Of a stretch of DNA of 33,935 bases, positions 26,203 to 33,935 are shown in pieces. This DNA is from a virus (taxonomy: Duplodnaviria; Caudoviricetes): positions 1-33,935 of IMG/VR virus record IMGVR_UViG_3300017778_005313; one strand, given 5' to 3'. A model generated the notes under the pieces. It was not told where the DNA came from. It worked only from the letters and a program-made list of their open reading frames with translations, and ran no database searches. Each line of letters opens with the position of its first letter. The first letter of the stretch is position 1. The position numbers were made by a program, and so were the translations under genes.

Positions 26203-26649
26203 TCAGCGTGGTTTAATCTTTCCGGTAATGTCCTGTAGCATCTTCGAGTTGCCCTGGAGCTTCTCTTCGTACTGCTTCAGACCGGTTTTAACCTCAGTTT
26301 TCATTCTACCCTCCTGAATCAGCCTCTCCCGCTTAGCTTGGAGAATTTCTTCAGAGTGTGGCGCATTCTTCTCGCGTTCTTTCTTTGCCTTTTCTTTCCC
26401 CTTTTTCCGGGCGTCGTCTGCTTTTTTATTGAGGGCAACGGTATCCTTGTGAAGGATCTTTCCGTCTTCCGTAATTGTGTGGCCTTGAGGTATTTCCGGC
26501 GAAACGAACTCGGGGTGAATTTCCTCGGTCAGTCGGTCAAGCAGAGAGTCAAAAGAGTCTTTTAACCTGCGACGACAAACAGCTCCAACGGATACGGTCA
26601 TTGGTCCGCAAGGCACCCGGTGTCTTTCAATTTCTTCGCGTGCATTCAT
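26203..26649 (-). CDS. Hypothetical basic protein with an N-terminal PCGxxxVSxxxxCR motif
   Basis: 148 aa; ATGA overlap with the upstream gene. Confidence 0.75.
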   Translation of the reverse strand: MNAREEIERHRVPCGPMTVSVGAVCRRRLKDSFDSLLDRLTEEIHPEFVSPEIPQGHTITEDGKILHKDTVALNKKADDARKKGKEKAKKEREKNAPHSEEILQAKRERLIQEGRMKTEVKTGLKQYEEKLQGNSKMLQDITGKIKPR

Positions 26650-26981
26650 GATCCTTTCCTTACCCCGGGGTTGCTGTGCAGGTGCTGAATATCGTAATGA
26701 GACCCCGCTTGTTTTTCTTTTCGTGGTTTGGGGTCTAAGCGATTTGCTTCTCTCATAGAGGTAATCATCGTGTCACGCATATTACGAAGCTGCTCTCGAG
26801 GAAGAGTGCAATGATCGCTATCGCGATAGGAACGGTACCACCGCGAAACTTCGCCAGGGTCGTCCGCCTGAAGCATCATACCCCAAACGCCGACCGCCTG
26901 AGAATCGGCGAGAGTTCCGGGCTTCAGCTTAGCTTCAATTTCAAGGCGCTCCGGCCTGGCGAAACGGGTGTCTTTGCGCAT
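26646..26981 (-). CDS. Hypothetical protein
   Basis: 111 aa, starts 2 nt after the phoH stop. Confidence 0.7.
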   Translation of the reverse strand: MRKDTRFARPERLEIEAKLKPGTLADSQAVGVWGMMLQADDPGEVSRWYRSYRDSDHCTLPREQLRNMRDTMITSMREANRLDPKPRKEKQAGSHYDIQHLHSNPGVRKGS

Positions 26982-26983
26982 AA

Positions 26984-27802
26984 TTAGTCTTCGTATCTAT
27001 CAAGTATGTGCGCGATTACAGAGTTGCGCACGATGTCTTCTTTCATGAACTCGACAATACCGACTTCAGATAGATTGGAGAGGCGACGGATGGCGTCAAC
27101 AAGTCCGTTTTCCCTGCGAAAAACCTCCATGTCCGTCTGCTTCGTATCACCAATCAGGCAGATCTTCGAATCTTTCCCAACTCTCGAGAGACAAGTTTTG
27201 ATCTGCTGAGGGAGGAAATTTTGCGATTCGTCGACAATCACGAACGCTTCGTTAAGCGATCTGCCGCGAATGTCTTCGAGTAGGATCGGGTCGATGATTT
27301 TCTTGTTGAGAAGGTACTCAGCAGCACCTTGAGAGCGCATGATGCACGGCAGGTTGTCAAAGATAGGCGCAATGAGGGGAGCAATCTTATCTGACATGTC
27401 GCCAGGGAGAGCACCGCGACCTCGTTGGTACTCAACGCCAACGTCGCTGCGTACGTAGTAGACTTTTTCAAAGTCTCCGGAGGCAACACCCGATAGTCCG
27501 AAGTGAAGTGCCATTAGGGTCTTGCCCGTTCCGGCATGCCCAGAAGCAATCGTTACCGTGTTGCGTTTGAGAGTGTTCCAGAAGTCTTCTTGCCGCCAAG
27601 TTAGGAACTTGGGGGGAATAACGTCCATACCTTGGGAGTAGGACTTTTCGAGACCTTGAATGTTGTCGGCGCGACGCTTGGTGCGTTTTGTCTTTGAATC
27701 TAGCATTTGAGGTGAACGGCAGGCGGTGGGTATAAAAAACTCTTTGCTGCTAAGAAGGATTACACCATCAATATCACCCCCGTGAGAACTATCCTGTGAC
27801 AT
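26984..27802 (-). CDS. phoH: PhoH-family ATPase
   Basis: Walker A GHAGTGKT, GALPGD...K, IRGRSL, IVDESQN, SRVG..SK....GD..Q.D, DIVRN. Start uncertain: ATG 27802 (24 nt after the GGGTAAAA motif) or ATG 27706; 27928 overlaps another gene. Confidence 0.9.
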   Translation of the reverse strand: MSQDSSHGGDIDGVILLSSKEFFIPTACRSPQMLDSKTKRTKRRADNIQGLEKSYSQGMDVIPPKFLTWRQEDFWNTLKRNTVTIASGHAGTGKTLMALHFGLSGVASGDFEKVYYVRSDVGVEYQRGRGALPGDMSDKIAPLIAPIFDNLPCIMRSQGAAEYLLNKKIIDPILLEDIRGRSLNEAFVIVDESQNFLPQQIKTCLSRVGKDSKICLIGDTKQTDMEVFRRENGLVDAIRRLSNLSEVGIVEFMKEDIVRNSVIAHILDRYED

Positions 27803-27826
27803 TGGGGTCTGCCTCAGTTCAGATAG

Positions 27827-27834
27827 TTTTACCC
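27827..27834 (-). promoter_or_regulatory. GGGTAAAA motif (candidate late promoter)
   Basis: 24 nt upstream of the in-frame ATG 27802 of phoH. Confidence 0.6.
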
Positions 27835-27836
27835 GC

Positions 27837-28019
27837 TCAGTGCATCCTTTCGCAAAAGTCGTCGAAACCTTCTCTACCGCCACACCATTTGGCGTAGCGT
27901 TCTTTGCCATGCTTCGCTGCCTTCGCAAGAAGGTGATCAGCGGCAGGGTCCGTGATAAGCACCGTGGCGCCCGTCAGTTCCCTCATAATTTCAGTGTTTC
28001 GATCAACTTGATGTGACAT
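27837..28019 (-). CDS. Hypothetical 60-aa protein
   Basis: ATG 28019 (MSHQVDR...) lies 26 nt after the variant motif CCGTAAAA at 28046-28053. Confidence 0.65.
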   Translation of the reverse strand: MSHQVDRNTEIMRELTGATVLITDPAADHLLAKAAKHGKERYAKWCGGREGFDDFCERMH

Positions 28020-28070
28020 TGTAATCTGTCGTAAAGGACAGTAACTTTTACGGTGGTTACAAATCACCAA

Positions 28071-29813
28071 TCAAATGGGGGCGTCCCAACCAATGTTTCT
28101 TCTTCCTCTACTGCGCCCGCTCACGAAAGCGGAACGGGGGTCAGCGGACTGACTTACGGAATCGTAATCCGGGTCGTTCATAGAAGTGTCGCCCGTGAAA
28201 AGTTTTTGCCTACCTTTGTGAGCTTCCGTAAAGAGGTTGGAATCTTTAACACCTTCTCTAAGAAGATCCCCCCTGAATCGTTTGTTCTGAATGATTGCTT
28301 CTTGAAGGTGCCGGTCAGTTACGTCCATTTTCAGGGCGTAGTAGGTCAAAGCCCAAACAAATGCGTCGGTACTGTCGTCATGCTTAACGAAGGGGAAAGT
28401 AGTTAGTTCTTTCACGAAGGCGTCCGTCCAGAAACCCCGCACTATTTTAACCCTACCGCTCTCTAGTAAAGGGCACACCGCCTGGAGTCGCGTTGTTTTA
28501 GACTTCAAAGGTTTCATCTCCTCAACGGGAATGCGAGCCTCTTTCTTTAAAACCTGCAGAAGAGACTGCCCCGAAGCCGCTTTTTCAATTGCTAGAACCT
28601 TGCCTTTGTAAAAATCGTAAGTGTGTTTCACTGCCTCGACCAAATCAGGAAAACCCCAGCGACCTTTGACGATTTCCCGTATGTACACGGTGGTGGGGTC
28701 TCTCATGCTAATTCCGGCTACGCAAATTGCAGTTTCGTCTGACATTTCTCGTTCGGAGAACGCGCAGTCAACACCGAACCAAACAACGTCGAGTGGGGGG
28801 CAGTCTTCTTCTTCAACGATCTCGATCCAACTGTTTTTGACGATCTGACCTTCTGCTGAAACTGGAACGCCCTGATACAGCGCAGCAAACTTGAAAGATC
28901 CCATAATTCTCTTCTGAGATTCAAGCATCGGCACAGAGAAAGTCGGGTTGTCCGGCCAATGAGACTCCCCCACCTCTCGCTCAAGGGGGTCGTTCCCCGG
29001 GTCTTCGCACAAACCGGCTATATTCAGCCACCGCCAACCAAACGGGTTTTTAACCTCGTCGTACAGGCCGTCGGCTTCAATCAAGACTCCGTGAAGATCT
29101 TTTTCGTGGAACCGCGTAGCGATTACCATTTGACAGTAGTGGTTGGTCCTACGCGTTGAAGCCTGCTCCTGCCACCAACTCTCAAGGTTGTTAAGAGCTT
29201 GCTTTGAGTCCGAAGATTTCAAAGGATCATCAATAACCATGGCGCCAACTCCCGGGCTTTCCATGTCAGTCGTTCCAGCCGTGAAACCAGTAAGAACACC
29301 GCCCACGGAAGTTGCAAGTATGTACCCGCCTCCGGCCATATCGTACTTTGAGTCGGGGCTGAAACCTAACCACTCTGGAAAGATTCTCTTAAACTCCTTA
29401 GATTTCATCATTTGCACAGCTTCTCTGTGAAATTTGAAAGACAGGGATGAGCCGTAAGAGGCGACGACGTGCTGCGTTCTTTGATCTCTGCCTAACAACC
29501 ACGCTAGAAACATGGTTGCAAGCATAGACTTGCCTGAACGAGGGGGGCACGATACGATTAACCGCTTGTTGCGTCTCGTAGCAAGATCCTCAAAGGCGGA
29601 ACCAATAATTTCGTGAAAGTTGGAAACCTGTAAGTCTCCATGCTTCATAATATCGCAGAAAGCCAGAAAACAGTCTCTGGCCGCCCTGTTTCGAAACTCC
29701 TGTATCACGGAGCGAGGTGCCTCAAGGAGAGTTAGTTCTCGTAAACCCCGCTGATACTTCCTCCAGGAACTGTGCTCTTCTAGCTGACTCGCCTTCGTGA
29801 TTACGGGCCTCAT
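28071..29813 (-). CDS. terL: Terminase large subunit
   Basis: Walker A PPRSGKS, Walker B MVIDDP, TRFHEKDL.G, ALYQG.P, and an RNase H-like nuclease with GVD.A....SD, IEKAASGQSL and FP...HDD..DA. Confidence 0.93.
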   Translation of the reverse strand: MRPVITKASQLEEHSSWRKYQRGLRELTLLEAPRSVIQEFRNRAARDCFLAFCDIMKHGDLQVSNFHEIIGSAFEDLATRRNKRLIVSCPPRSGKSMLATMFLAWLLGRDQRTQHVVASYGSSLSFKFHREAVQMMKSKEFKRIFPEWLGFSPDSKYDMAGGGYILATSVGGVLTGFTAGTTDMESPGVGAMVIDDPLKSSDSKQALNNLESWWQEQASTRRTNHYCQMVIATRFHEKDLHGVLIEADGLYDEVKNPFGWRWLNIAGLCEDPGNDPLEREVGESHWPDNPTFSVPMLESQKRIMGSFKFAALYQGVPVSAEGQIVKNSWIEIVEEEDCPPLDVVWFGVDCAFSEREMSDETAICVAGISMRDPTTVYIREIVKGRWGFPDLVEAVKHTYDFYKGKVLAIEKAASGQSLLQVLKKEARIPVEEMKPLKSKTTRLQAVCPLLESGRVKIVRGFWTDAFVKELTTFPFVKHDDSTDAFVWALTYYALKMDVTDRHLQEAIIQNKRFRGDLLREGVKDSNLFTEAHKGRQKLFTGDTSMNDPDYDSVSQSADPRSAFVSGRSRGRRNIGWDAPI

Positions 29814-29814
29814 T

Positions 29815-30093
29815 TCACGTTCCCGTCAGTTTGTTTAGAAGCTCTGCAACTTTTCCGTCGTACTCCTTGGCCAGAGTTTCCTCGCCTTTCGATTCCTTTT
29901 CGGTTAAAGCAACTATGTCGGAGACAATCTCTCTGTGAGCTTTAACCGCCGCGTTGAACACCGAGACCAAGTCTCTAGTGCTGCACTCGGATAACTGGTC
30001 CTGCATGTACCCTAGCGCCTCGTTGGCGACTTTCAGGGCTTCCGTGGCCAGAAACTCTTTCTGCTTTACAAGTTCGTCTTTTGACTTAGTCAT
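29815..30093 (-). CDS. Small helical protein directly upstream of terL; possible terminase small subunit
   Basis: 92 aa, helical; the assignment rests on position only. Confidence 0.5.
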   Translation of the reverse strand: MTKSKDELVKQKEFLATEALKVANEALGYMQDQLSECSTRDLVSVFNAAVKAHREIVSDIVALTEKESKGEETLAKEYDGKVAELLNKLTGT

Positions 30094-30094
30094 G

Positions 30095-30253
30095 TTAGTA
30101 AAACCTTTTTCTACATTTGGCGCAACCGCCCGTTGAGGGAGGGGGATTGCCTTTGTAAGCCATAATCCGTTGAAGAATGGACTTGGCGGTGTTCATGTCG
30201 CCGGAAGCAACGGCGTTGTGGTAACTTCTCCAGAGATCTTGAGAGGAGGGCAT
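30095..30253 (-). CDS. Hypothetical 52-aa protein with a C-terminal CxxC
   Basis: Start adjusted to ATG 30253, 2 nt after the upstream stop; ends GGCAKCRKRFY. Confidence 0.6.
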   Translation of the reverse strand: MPSSQDLWRSYHNAVASGDMNTAKSILQRIMAYKGNPPPSTGGCAKCRKRFY

Positions 30254-30255
30254 AA

Positions 30256-31473
30256 CTAGCAGGGGGCAATTGGTCCAGAGTTCCCTGCGCAAGGCTGGCA
30301 ACCCAGTTTCCACAGGGAGTTAATAGAAGCAAGTTCGAAACTATCCTCAAGCAGCCAACCTCTCCCCTGCGGGGATTTGCCCACGAAGTAGAATCTACCC
30401 TTGGGGGTTTGAATGAAAGTTTCGGGCATTACGCCGACCAAGACACCGCCGTCAAGGTACAGCTGCTTTCCGTCGGGATTTAGGGGGTCCGTGTGCAAGA
30501 AAGCGTATCCCCCTGTAACAACCGCGAACTCACCTTGGTTGATGCCGGAGAACCAACTCGTATCCATACTGGCTTTTGACGAAATGGCGTCGAGTTTATC
30601 GGTCACGTCGTTCCAGAGTTCAACGGCATACCGGGCAAGTTTTTTGCCAGTTGGGCAGTAAAACACTTCGTCAATGGGCTCTTTGGTCTCGGCATCCCAA
30701 ACCGTTACGACTAATCGCCCGTCCGCTGTGTAGCTGTTGTTGCTTAGCAAGTAGATCGGTTGATTGAGGGGGTCGGGTAAGAACACCGTCTCGGGGTCGC
30801 AAATAAACACCCAGTCACCACTCTGAGTTACCTCGTTGCTCCAGCGAACGCCCTCACAAGCGTTATAGTCTTCCGAGGGTAGCTTGTCACCGGTGTACCC
30901 AGGAACATAAATATCTCCGCTAGCCGAGTCCAAAACACCGCCCAGTGGCAGCTTCGTCTCAACCCCGAAACCCGGCAAGAGTTGGCGGCAGTCGCCCCGC
31001 TGAACACACGGGTCCAGAGCAACGTAAGGAACCGCGTCCTCAATAGTCAAAACATAGGTCTGCGTGTAAGTATACTGGGATTCAGGAGAGAGACCCGTAA
31101 ACTGTTCGTTCTGACAAGTGAAAGGTTGAATTACCGAGACGGACGCACCGGACGGGACACTGCCGTTAAGAGTTATGAACGCTCCGACAAGCAGTTGGGT
31201 CGCAAAGTCATGGCCGGAGGAAGTTAAGTAGTTCTGGCACGAAAAGTTAAGCTCGAAAGACATCGCCCGTTCAAACACCATTGGTATGCGATTCTTCACG
31301 GTGTCGGAGGAACCCACGTACCTAACTACGATGTTGTTTGTTTGCTGAACCACGCCCTCGTTCGCAACGGCATCCGCCAGCCTCAAGGTGTTTACGCTAA
31401 TCGGTATCAAGGGGGACGCTATCAGAGAGTCCACCATAAATTGCTCGATTCTAGCAATGCTGTTTAGTTCCAT
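30256..31473 (-). CDS. Mu gp37-like tail completion/terminator protein with a long C-terminal extension
   Basis: N-terminal IE......L...IVVRY.GS......R...FEL......L......A...L......L.G..P pattern; directly downstream of the gp36-like gene. Confidence 0.55.
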   Translation of the reverse strand: MELNSIARIEQFMVDSLIASPLIPISVNTLRLADAVANEGVVQQTNNIVVRYVGSSDTVKNRIPMVFERAMSFELNFSCQNYLTSSGHDFATQLLVGAFITLNGSVPSGASVSVIQPFTCQNEQFTGLSPESQYTYTQTYVLTIEDAVPYVALDPCVQRGDCRQLLPGFGVETKLPLGGVLDSASGDIYVPGYTGDKLPSEDYNACEGVRWSNEVTQSGDWVFICDPETVFLPDPLNQPIYLLSNNSYTADGRLVVTVWDAETKEPIDEVFYCPTGKKLARYAVELWNDVTDKLDAISSKASMDTSWFSGINQGEFAVVTGGYAFLHTDPLNPDGKQLYLDGGVLVGVMPETFIQTPKGRFYFVGKSPQGRGWLLEDSFELASINSLWKLGCQPCAGNSGPIAPC

Positions 31474-31480
31474 GGTGTCC

Positions 31481-32563
31481 TCACGGGGAATTGGTGTCGG
31501 AACCGTCTACAGACCACCCGCCGTCATCACGAGGTTGTGCGATTTGCGGGGTTCCTCCGGTCAAGTCTTGCATGTTGCCGGAAGTAAGCCAGTTTTGAAG
31601 GTTGTTGTTCTGGTTGATAGTACCCCAACCTTGCCTGAAGTCCGCAATTTGATCGCCGGCAGGGTCAACTGCCCAGCCGCTGAGACCTTTTCCAGAAACG
31701 CTGTTGTATCGTTGAGGGGTCCTCCAGGATCTCATTATTCCCTGGGGGGTGTCAATCGCGGAGTCTCCGTTGCCCGCTCGAATGGCGGTCATTTTCATTT
31801 CTGCTTGCATCTGTTTTAGGCAAGCTTCGAAATCGTTTCTTACGTCCTCTCTTCGACGAACCGTGTCAAGGTAGTAACGGGCGATTGTTAGAGCGGTTCT
31901 TCGACGGTTGCTTGTGATCAGAACCATGCCTGCTTTACCTGACTGCTCAATGTAAGAGTCAATCAAAGAGTTAGCATCCTGAATCGCCATGCGCAGTTTG
32001 GCGACGTTCACGGTGGTGGCAGCGCCATCGTCAATATTGGTGAGCTGGATCGTCTCCTTCAGACCGTACGCAATGATGAAATCGTCAGGACTTGCGCTTC
32101 TCGGGTCTGACCTGTCGGGGGTCATTACCCCGCTTCTGTTTTGGTAAGGGAAGCCATAGCCCCCGATTGTCTGACCTAAGTTGGCCTGGGTCCGGCTGCT
32201 ATCGGTGGTCTCGTCAGAAGTAAGAGTGTTTCGTCCGGCAACACGGTAAAAAGCACGAACCGCGTTGCGTTTCTTCACGACATCGTTGGCCGTGGGAGGA
32301 ACGGGACCGCGAAGACACTGACTCAAGTTAAGAGGTGGTTCGTAAGAAACAAAAATCTCATCCCAAGGAGAAATGGCGGAGTCCAACCCCAGGGTTAGCA
32401 TTGTGTCGGACGAGTACACGAACGTTTCAACCCCGAACTGACCGTAGCAAACGGTGAAGGAAGTTACGGGAGTTGGAATGCTAGTGTCCAAGGGCGCATC
32501 AAAGTAAAGCACCACATTTAGTGGCGTCGTTACAAGGATCTCTTTAATAGTTGGGATGGCCAT
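31481..32563 (-). CDS. Mu gp36 (DUF1320)-like head-tail connector fused to an N-terminal SwmB-like Ig domain
   Basis: C-half: IQLTN.DD.....VN...L..AI.DA...IDSYI...LTIARYYL...R. N-half: VVLYFD..LD...P....FTV...LTL.L...I...D.I.VSY.PP. Confidence 0.7.
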   Translation of the reverse strand: MAIPTIKEILVTTPLNVVLYFDAPLDTSIPTPVTSFTVCYGQFGVETFVYSSDTMLTLGLDSAISPWDEIFVSYEPPLNLSQCLRGPVPPTANDVVKKRNAVRAFYRVAGRNTLTSDETTDSSRTQANLGQTIGGYGFPYQNRSGVMTPDRSDPRSASPDDFIIAYGLKETIQLTNIDDGAATTVNVAKLRMAIQDANSLIDSYIEQSGKAGMVLITSNRRRTALTIARYYLDTVRRREDVRNDFEACLKQMQAEMKMTAIRAGNGDSAIDTPQGIMRSWRTPQRYNSVSGKGLSGWAVDPAGDQIADFRQGWGTINQNNNLQNWLTSGNMQDLTGGTPQIAQPRDDGGWSVDGSDTNSP

Positions 32564-32994
32564 TATTCGCTCCTGGAGTACAAGGAATCAGCGGGGTCGT
32601 TTGTGAGCGGGGAGAATTGCTCGCTAGCCCAGAAAGGGTAAGCAGTTTTGTCTACTTGTATAACGTACCCCTGAGTTTGCCGGTACATGCAATTTTTCAG
32701 GTAGTTTGAGGCGAGCCGCAGAGGCCACTCATCCCGCCAGTTAACGAACCAAGAGTCGATCGTAACCAAAAAACCAGAAACGGTGTAGTCAATTTGAGCA
32801 ACGATTTGACCTCCGTGTTGCTCCGACCCTTCGTACGGCGGATCGCTGTAATCAAACGTCTCGGAAATCCTTGTATACACCTCCCCGTCCCGCTTCACTT
32901 GAAGGTAGCGAAGTTGTTCGGGGGGGTTGCTCAAGTACAGAAAATCTTGATACAGCCACGTAGGAGAGTAGATGCCGGGGCGACGATAAGCCAT
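32563..32994 (-). CDS. Hypothetical protein, possible degenerate GNAT fold
   Basis: GQIVAQIDY...VTID...V...WR and A.PFW....F; TAATG overlaps at both ends. Confidence 0.65.
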   Translation of the reverse strand: MAYRRPGIYSPTWLYQDFLYLSNPPEQLRYLQVKRDGEVYTRISETFDYSDPPYEGSEQHGGQIVAQIDYTVSGFLVTIDSWFVNWRDEWPLRLASNYLKNCMYRQTQGYVIQVDKTAYPFWASEQFSPLTNDPADSLYSRSE

Positions 32995-33293
32995 TATTCT
33001 ACGGGCACAAGGGGCGGAATGAAAGTCTTCGGAAGTTTGGCTGCCAACACGTAGTAGTAGCGACCGTCGTACTGATTTAGCATTAGTGTCCTGGTATAGG
33101 TTTCTTCATCAACCACCAACTCTTTGGTACTCGTGATACCTAAAACGTCTAAGTCAACATTGACTGTAACGTCTTTGCAAAAAATGGCGCTCTCGTAGTA
33201 AAAAGAGGGTTTAGGCGAACCGCAATTAGCTCCCAAAGTTTCGTCGGGGCTTAAGAAACCGGGGGTGTAAGAGGGGTTGTAACTGCTTGTCAT
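32994..33293 (-). CDS. Hypothetical protein adjacent to the spike gene
   Basis: Start adjusted to ATG 33293 (ATGA overlap with the upstream stop); short beta-repeat VTVNVDLDVLG. Confidence 0.65.
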   Translation of the reverse strand: MTSSYNPSYTPGFLSPDETLGANCGSPKPSFYYESAIFCKDVTVNVDLDVLGITSTKELVVDEETYTRTLMLNQYDGRYYYVLAAKLPKTFIPPLVPVE

Positions 33294-33934
33294 GATGCCG
33301 GCCCCGCCCAACTTGCTTGTCCCCCGAACGGGTTACCTCGGGGATCCGTTCCGTAACTCGAAAACTTTGCCATTTCGCCTGCCGTGGTCGGAAACACATT
33401 ATCCCACACTGAAAGCTGTTTAACGGGGGATTGACCGTCGCCATCCGTATCGTTGTTCTGAGAGCCGTCGTTTTGACCCGCGTGACCGTGGCTCAAGTCT
33501 ACGTGGCGCACCCAGACGTATTTTCCACTGCGCTTCAAGCAAACACAAGTCCAGTCAGAGTTCATTGGGCCATTTGTTTCAACGGCCATGCACCCGTGGT
33601 TTTCCTCGGACGCAGGGGGCAGTGACCCGGAAGGGTAAACGGGTAGCCTCGTCATGGTGCTGTTATTGGGTACCGTGAGTTTGTCTTTTGCCCTCTGGGC
33701 CAAAAGTTGAGGGTCGTATAGGACGTCTTGCAGCACCGCGTAGGTGTACTGCCCACCCGTAGGATTAATGTTTACCCGCTTACCGACTAGACCCTCTGGC
33801 TGTTTGCCCTTAAATGCGGGGGAAGTGTCAATCCAGTGAGAGATACCGGGGTCGTTTCCTTCGCGCTCCTCCGCAAACTCACCTCCTGAGTTTTCACTCT
33901 GGGGGATTTCGGGATTCATGTCGTCAAAAATGAC
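33290..33934 (-). CDS. Baseplate spike / gpV-gp5 OB-fold-like protein, probably 5'-truncated by the window edge
   Basis: The frame stays open upstream of ATG 33919 (V-I-F-D-D-M). V.F.D...SHWI...G..P..LVG.RV.I....G resembles the gpV/gp5 OB fold, and SHGH gives an HxH motif. Confidence 0.5.
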   Translation of the reverse strand, partial: VIFDDMNPEIPQSENSGGEFAEEREGNDPGISHWIDTSPAFKGKQPEGLVGKRVNINPTGGQYTYAVLQDVLYDPQLLAQRAKDKLTVPNNSTMTRLPVYPSGSLPPASEENHGCMAVETNGPMNSDWTCVCLKRSGKYVWVRHVDLSHGHAGQNDGSQNNDTDGDGQSPVKQLSVWDNVFPTTAGEMAKFSSYGTDPRGNPFGGQASWAGPAS

Positions 33935-33935
33935 T

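Noticed and set aside
27803-27928. Long N-terminal extension of PhoH from the ORF track
   Set aside because: It overlaps the 27837..28019 gene and spans the GGGTAAAA motif; downstream ATGs are more plausible.
28071-29813. Intein or intron in the large terminase
   Set aside because: Motif spacing is continuous and the length ordinary; no intein terminal motifs or frame break were seen.
33633-33777. GGGTAAAC-like matches inside the spike gene (33633 on +, 33770 on -)
   Set aside because: Internal to a CDS, imperfect, and not followed by a plausible start at the expected distance.
1-33935. CRISPR array, tRNA/rRNA genes, IS elements, portal or major capsid gene
   Set aside because: No regularly spaced repeat-spacer units, cloverleaf signatures or transposase motifs were seen by eye, and no ORF has the size or motifs of a portal or capsid protein.

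Overview
Segment of a large tailed dsDNA phage, probably a contractile-tailed cyanophage-like virus (host and taxonomy are inferred from protein motifs only). Nearly all genes lie on the - strand, so the order below runs right to left. (1) A gpV/gp5-like baseplate spike cut by the right edge, Mu gp36-like and gp37-like neck/tail-completion genes, a possible small terminase, the large terminase and PhoH. (2) A block of small charged proteins that look like capsid-internal cargo. (3) A 636-aa protein with an intact C-terminal protein-kinase-like domain, followed by a translationally coupled 54-aa ORF that the ORF track missed; the pair resembles an effector plus immunity gene. (4) A tail-fibre/adhesin cluster, including a 1583-aa beta-helix-type fibre and a 2494-aa protein of about 12 lectin-like modules joined by DNA-identical linkers. 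(5) One + strand HNH-like gene. (6) A DNA-metabolism block: DEDDh exonuclease, ThyX and a GIY-YIG homing endonuclease. An orientation-matched 8-mer, GGGTAAAA (8 exact copies, 3 variants), lies mostly 22-32 nt upstream of gene starts and is a candidate phage-specific late promoter. One fibre gene carries an in-frame TAA 11 codons before its homologous end. I saw no tRNA, rRNA, CRISPR array, reverse transcriptase, portal or major capsid gene.
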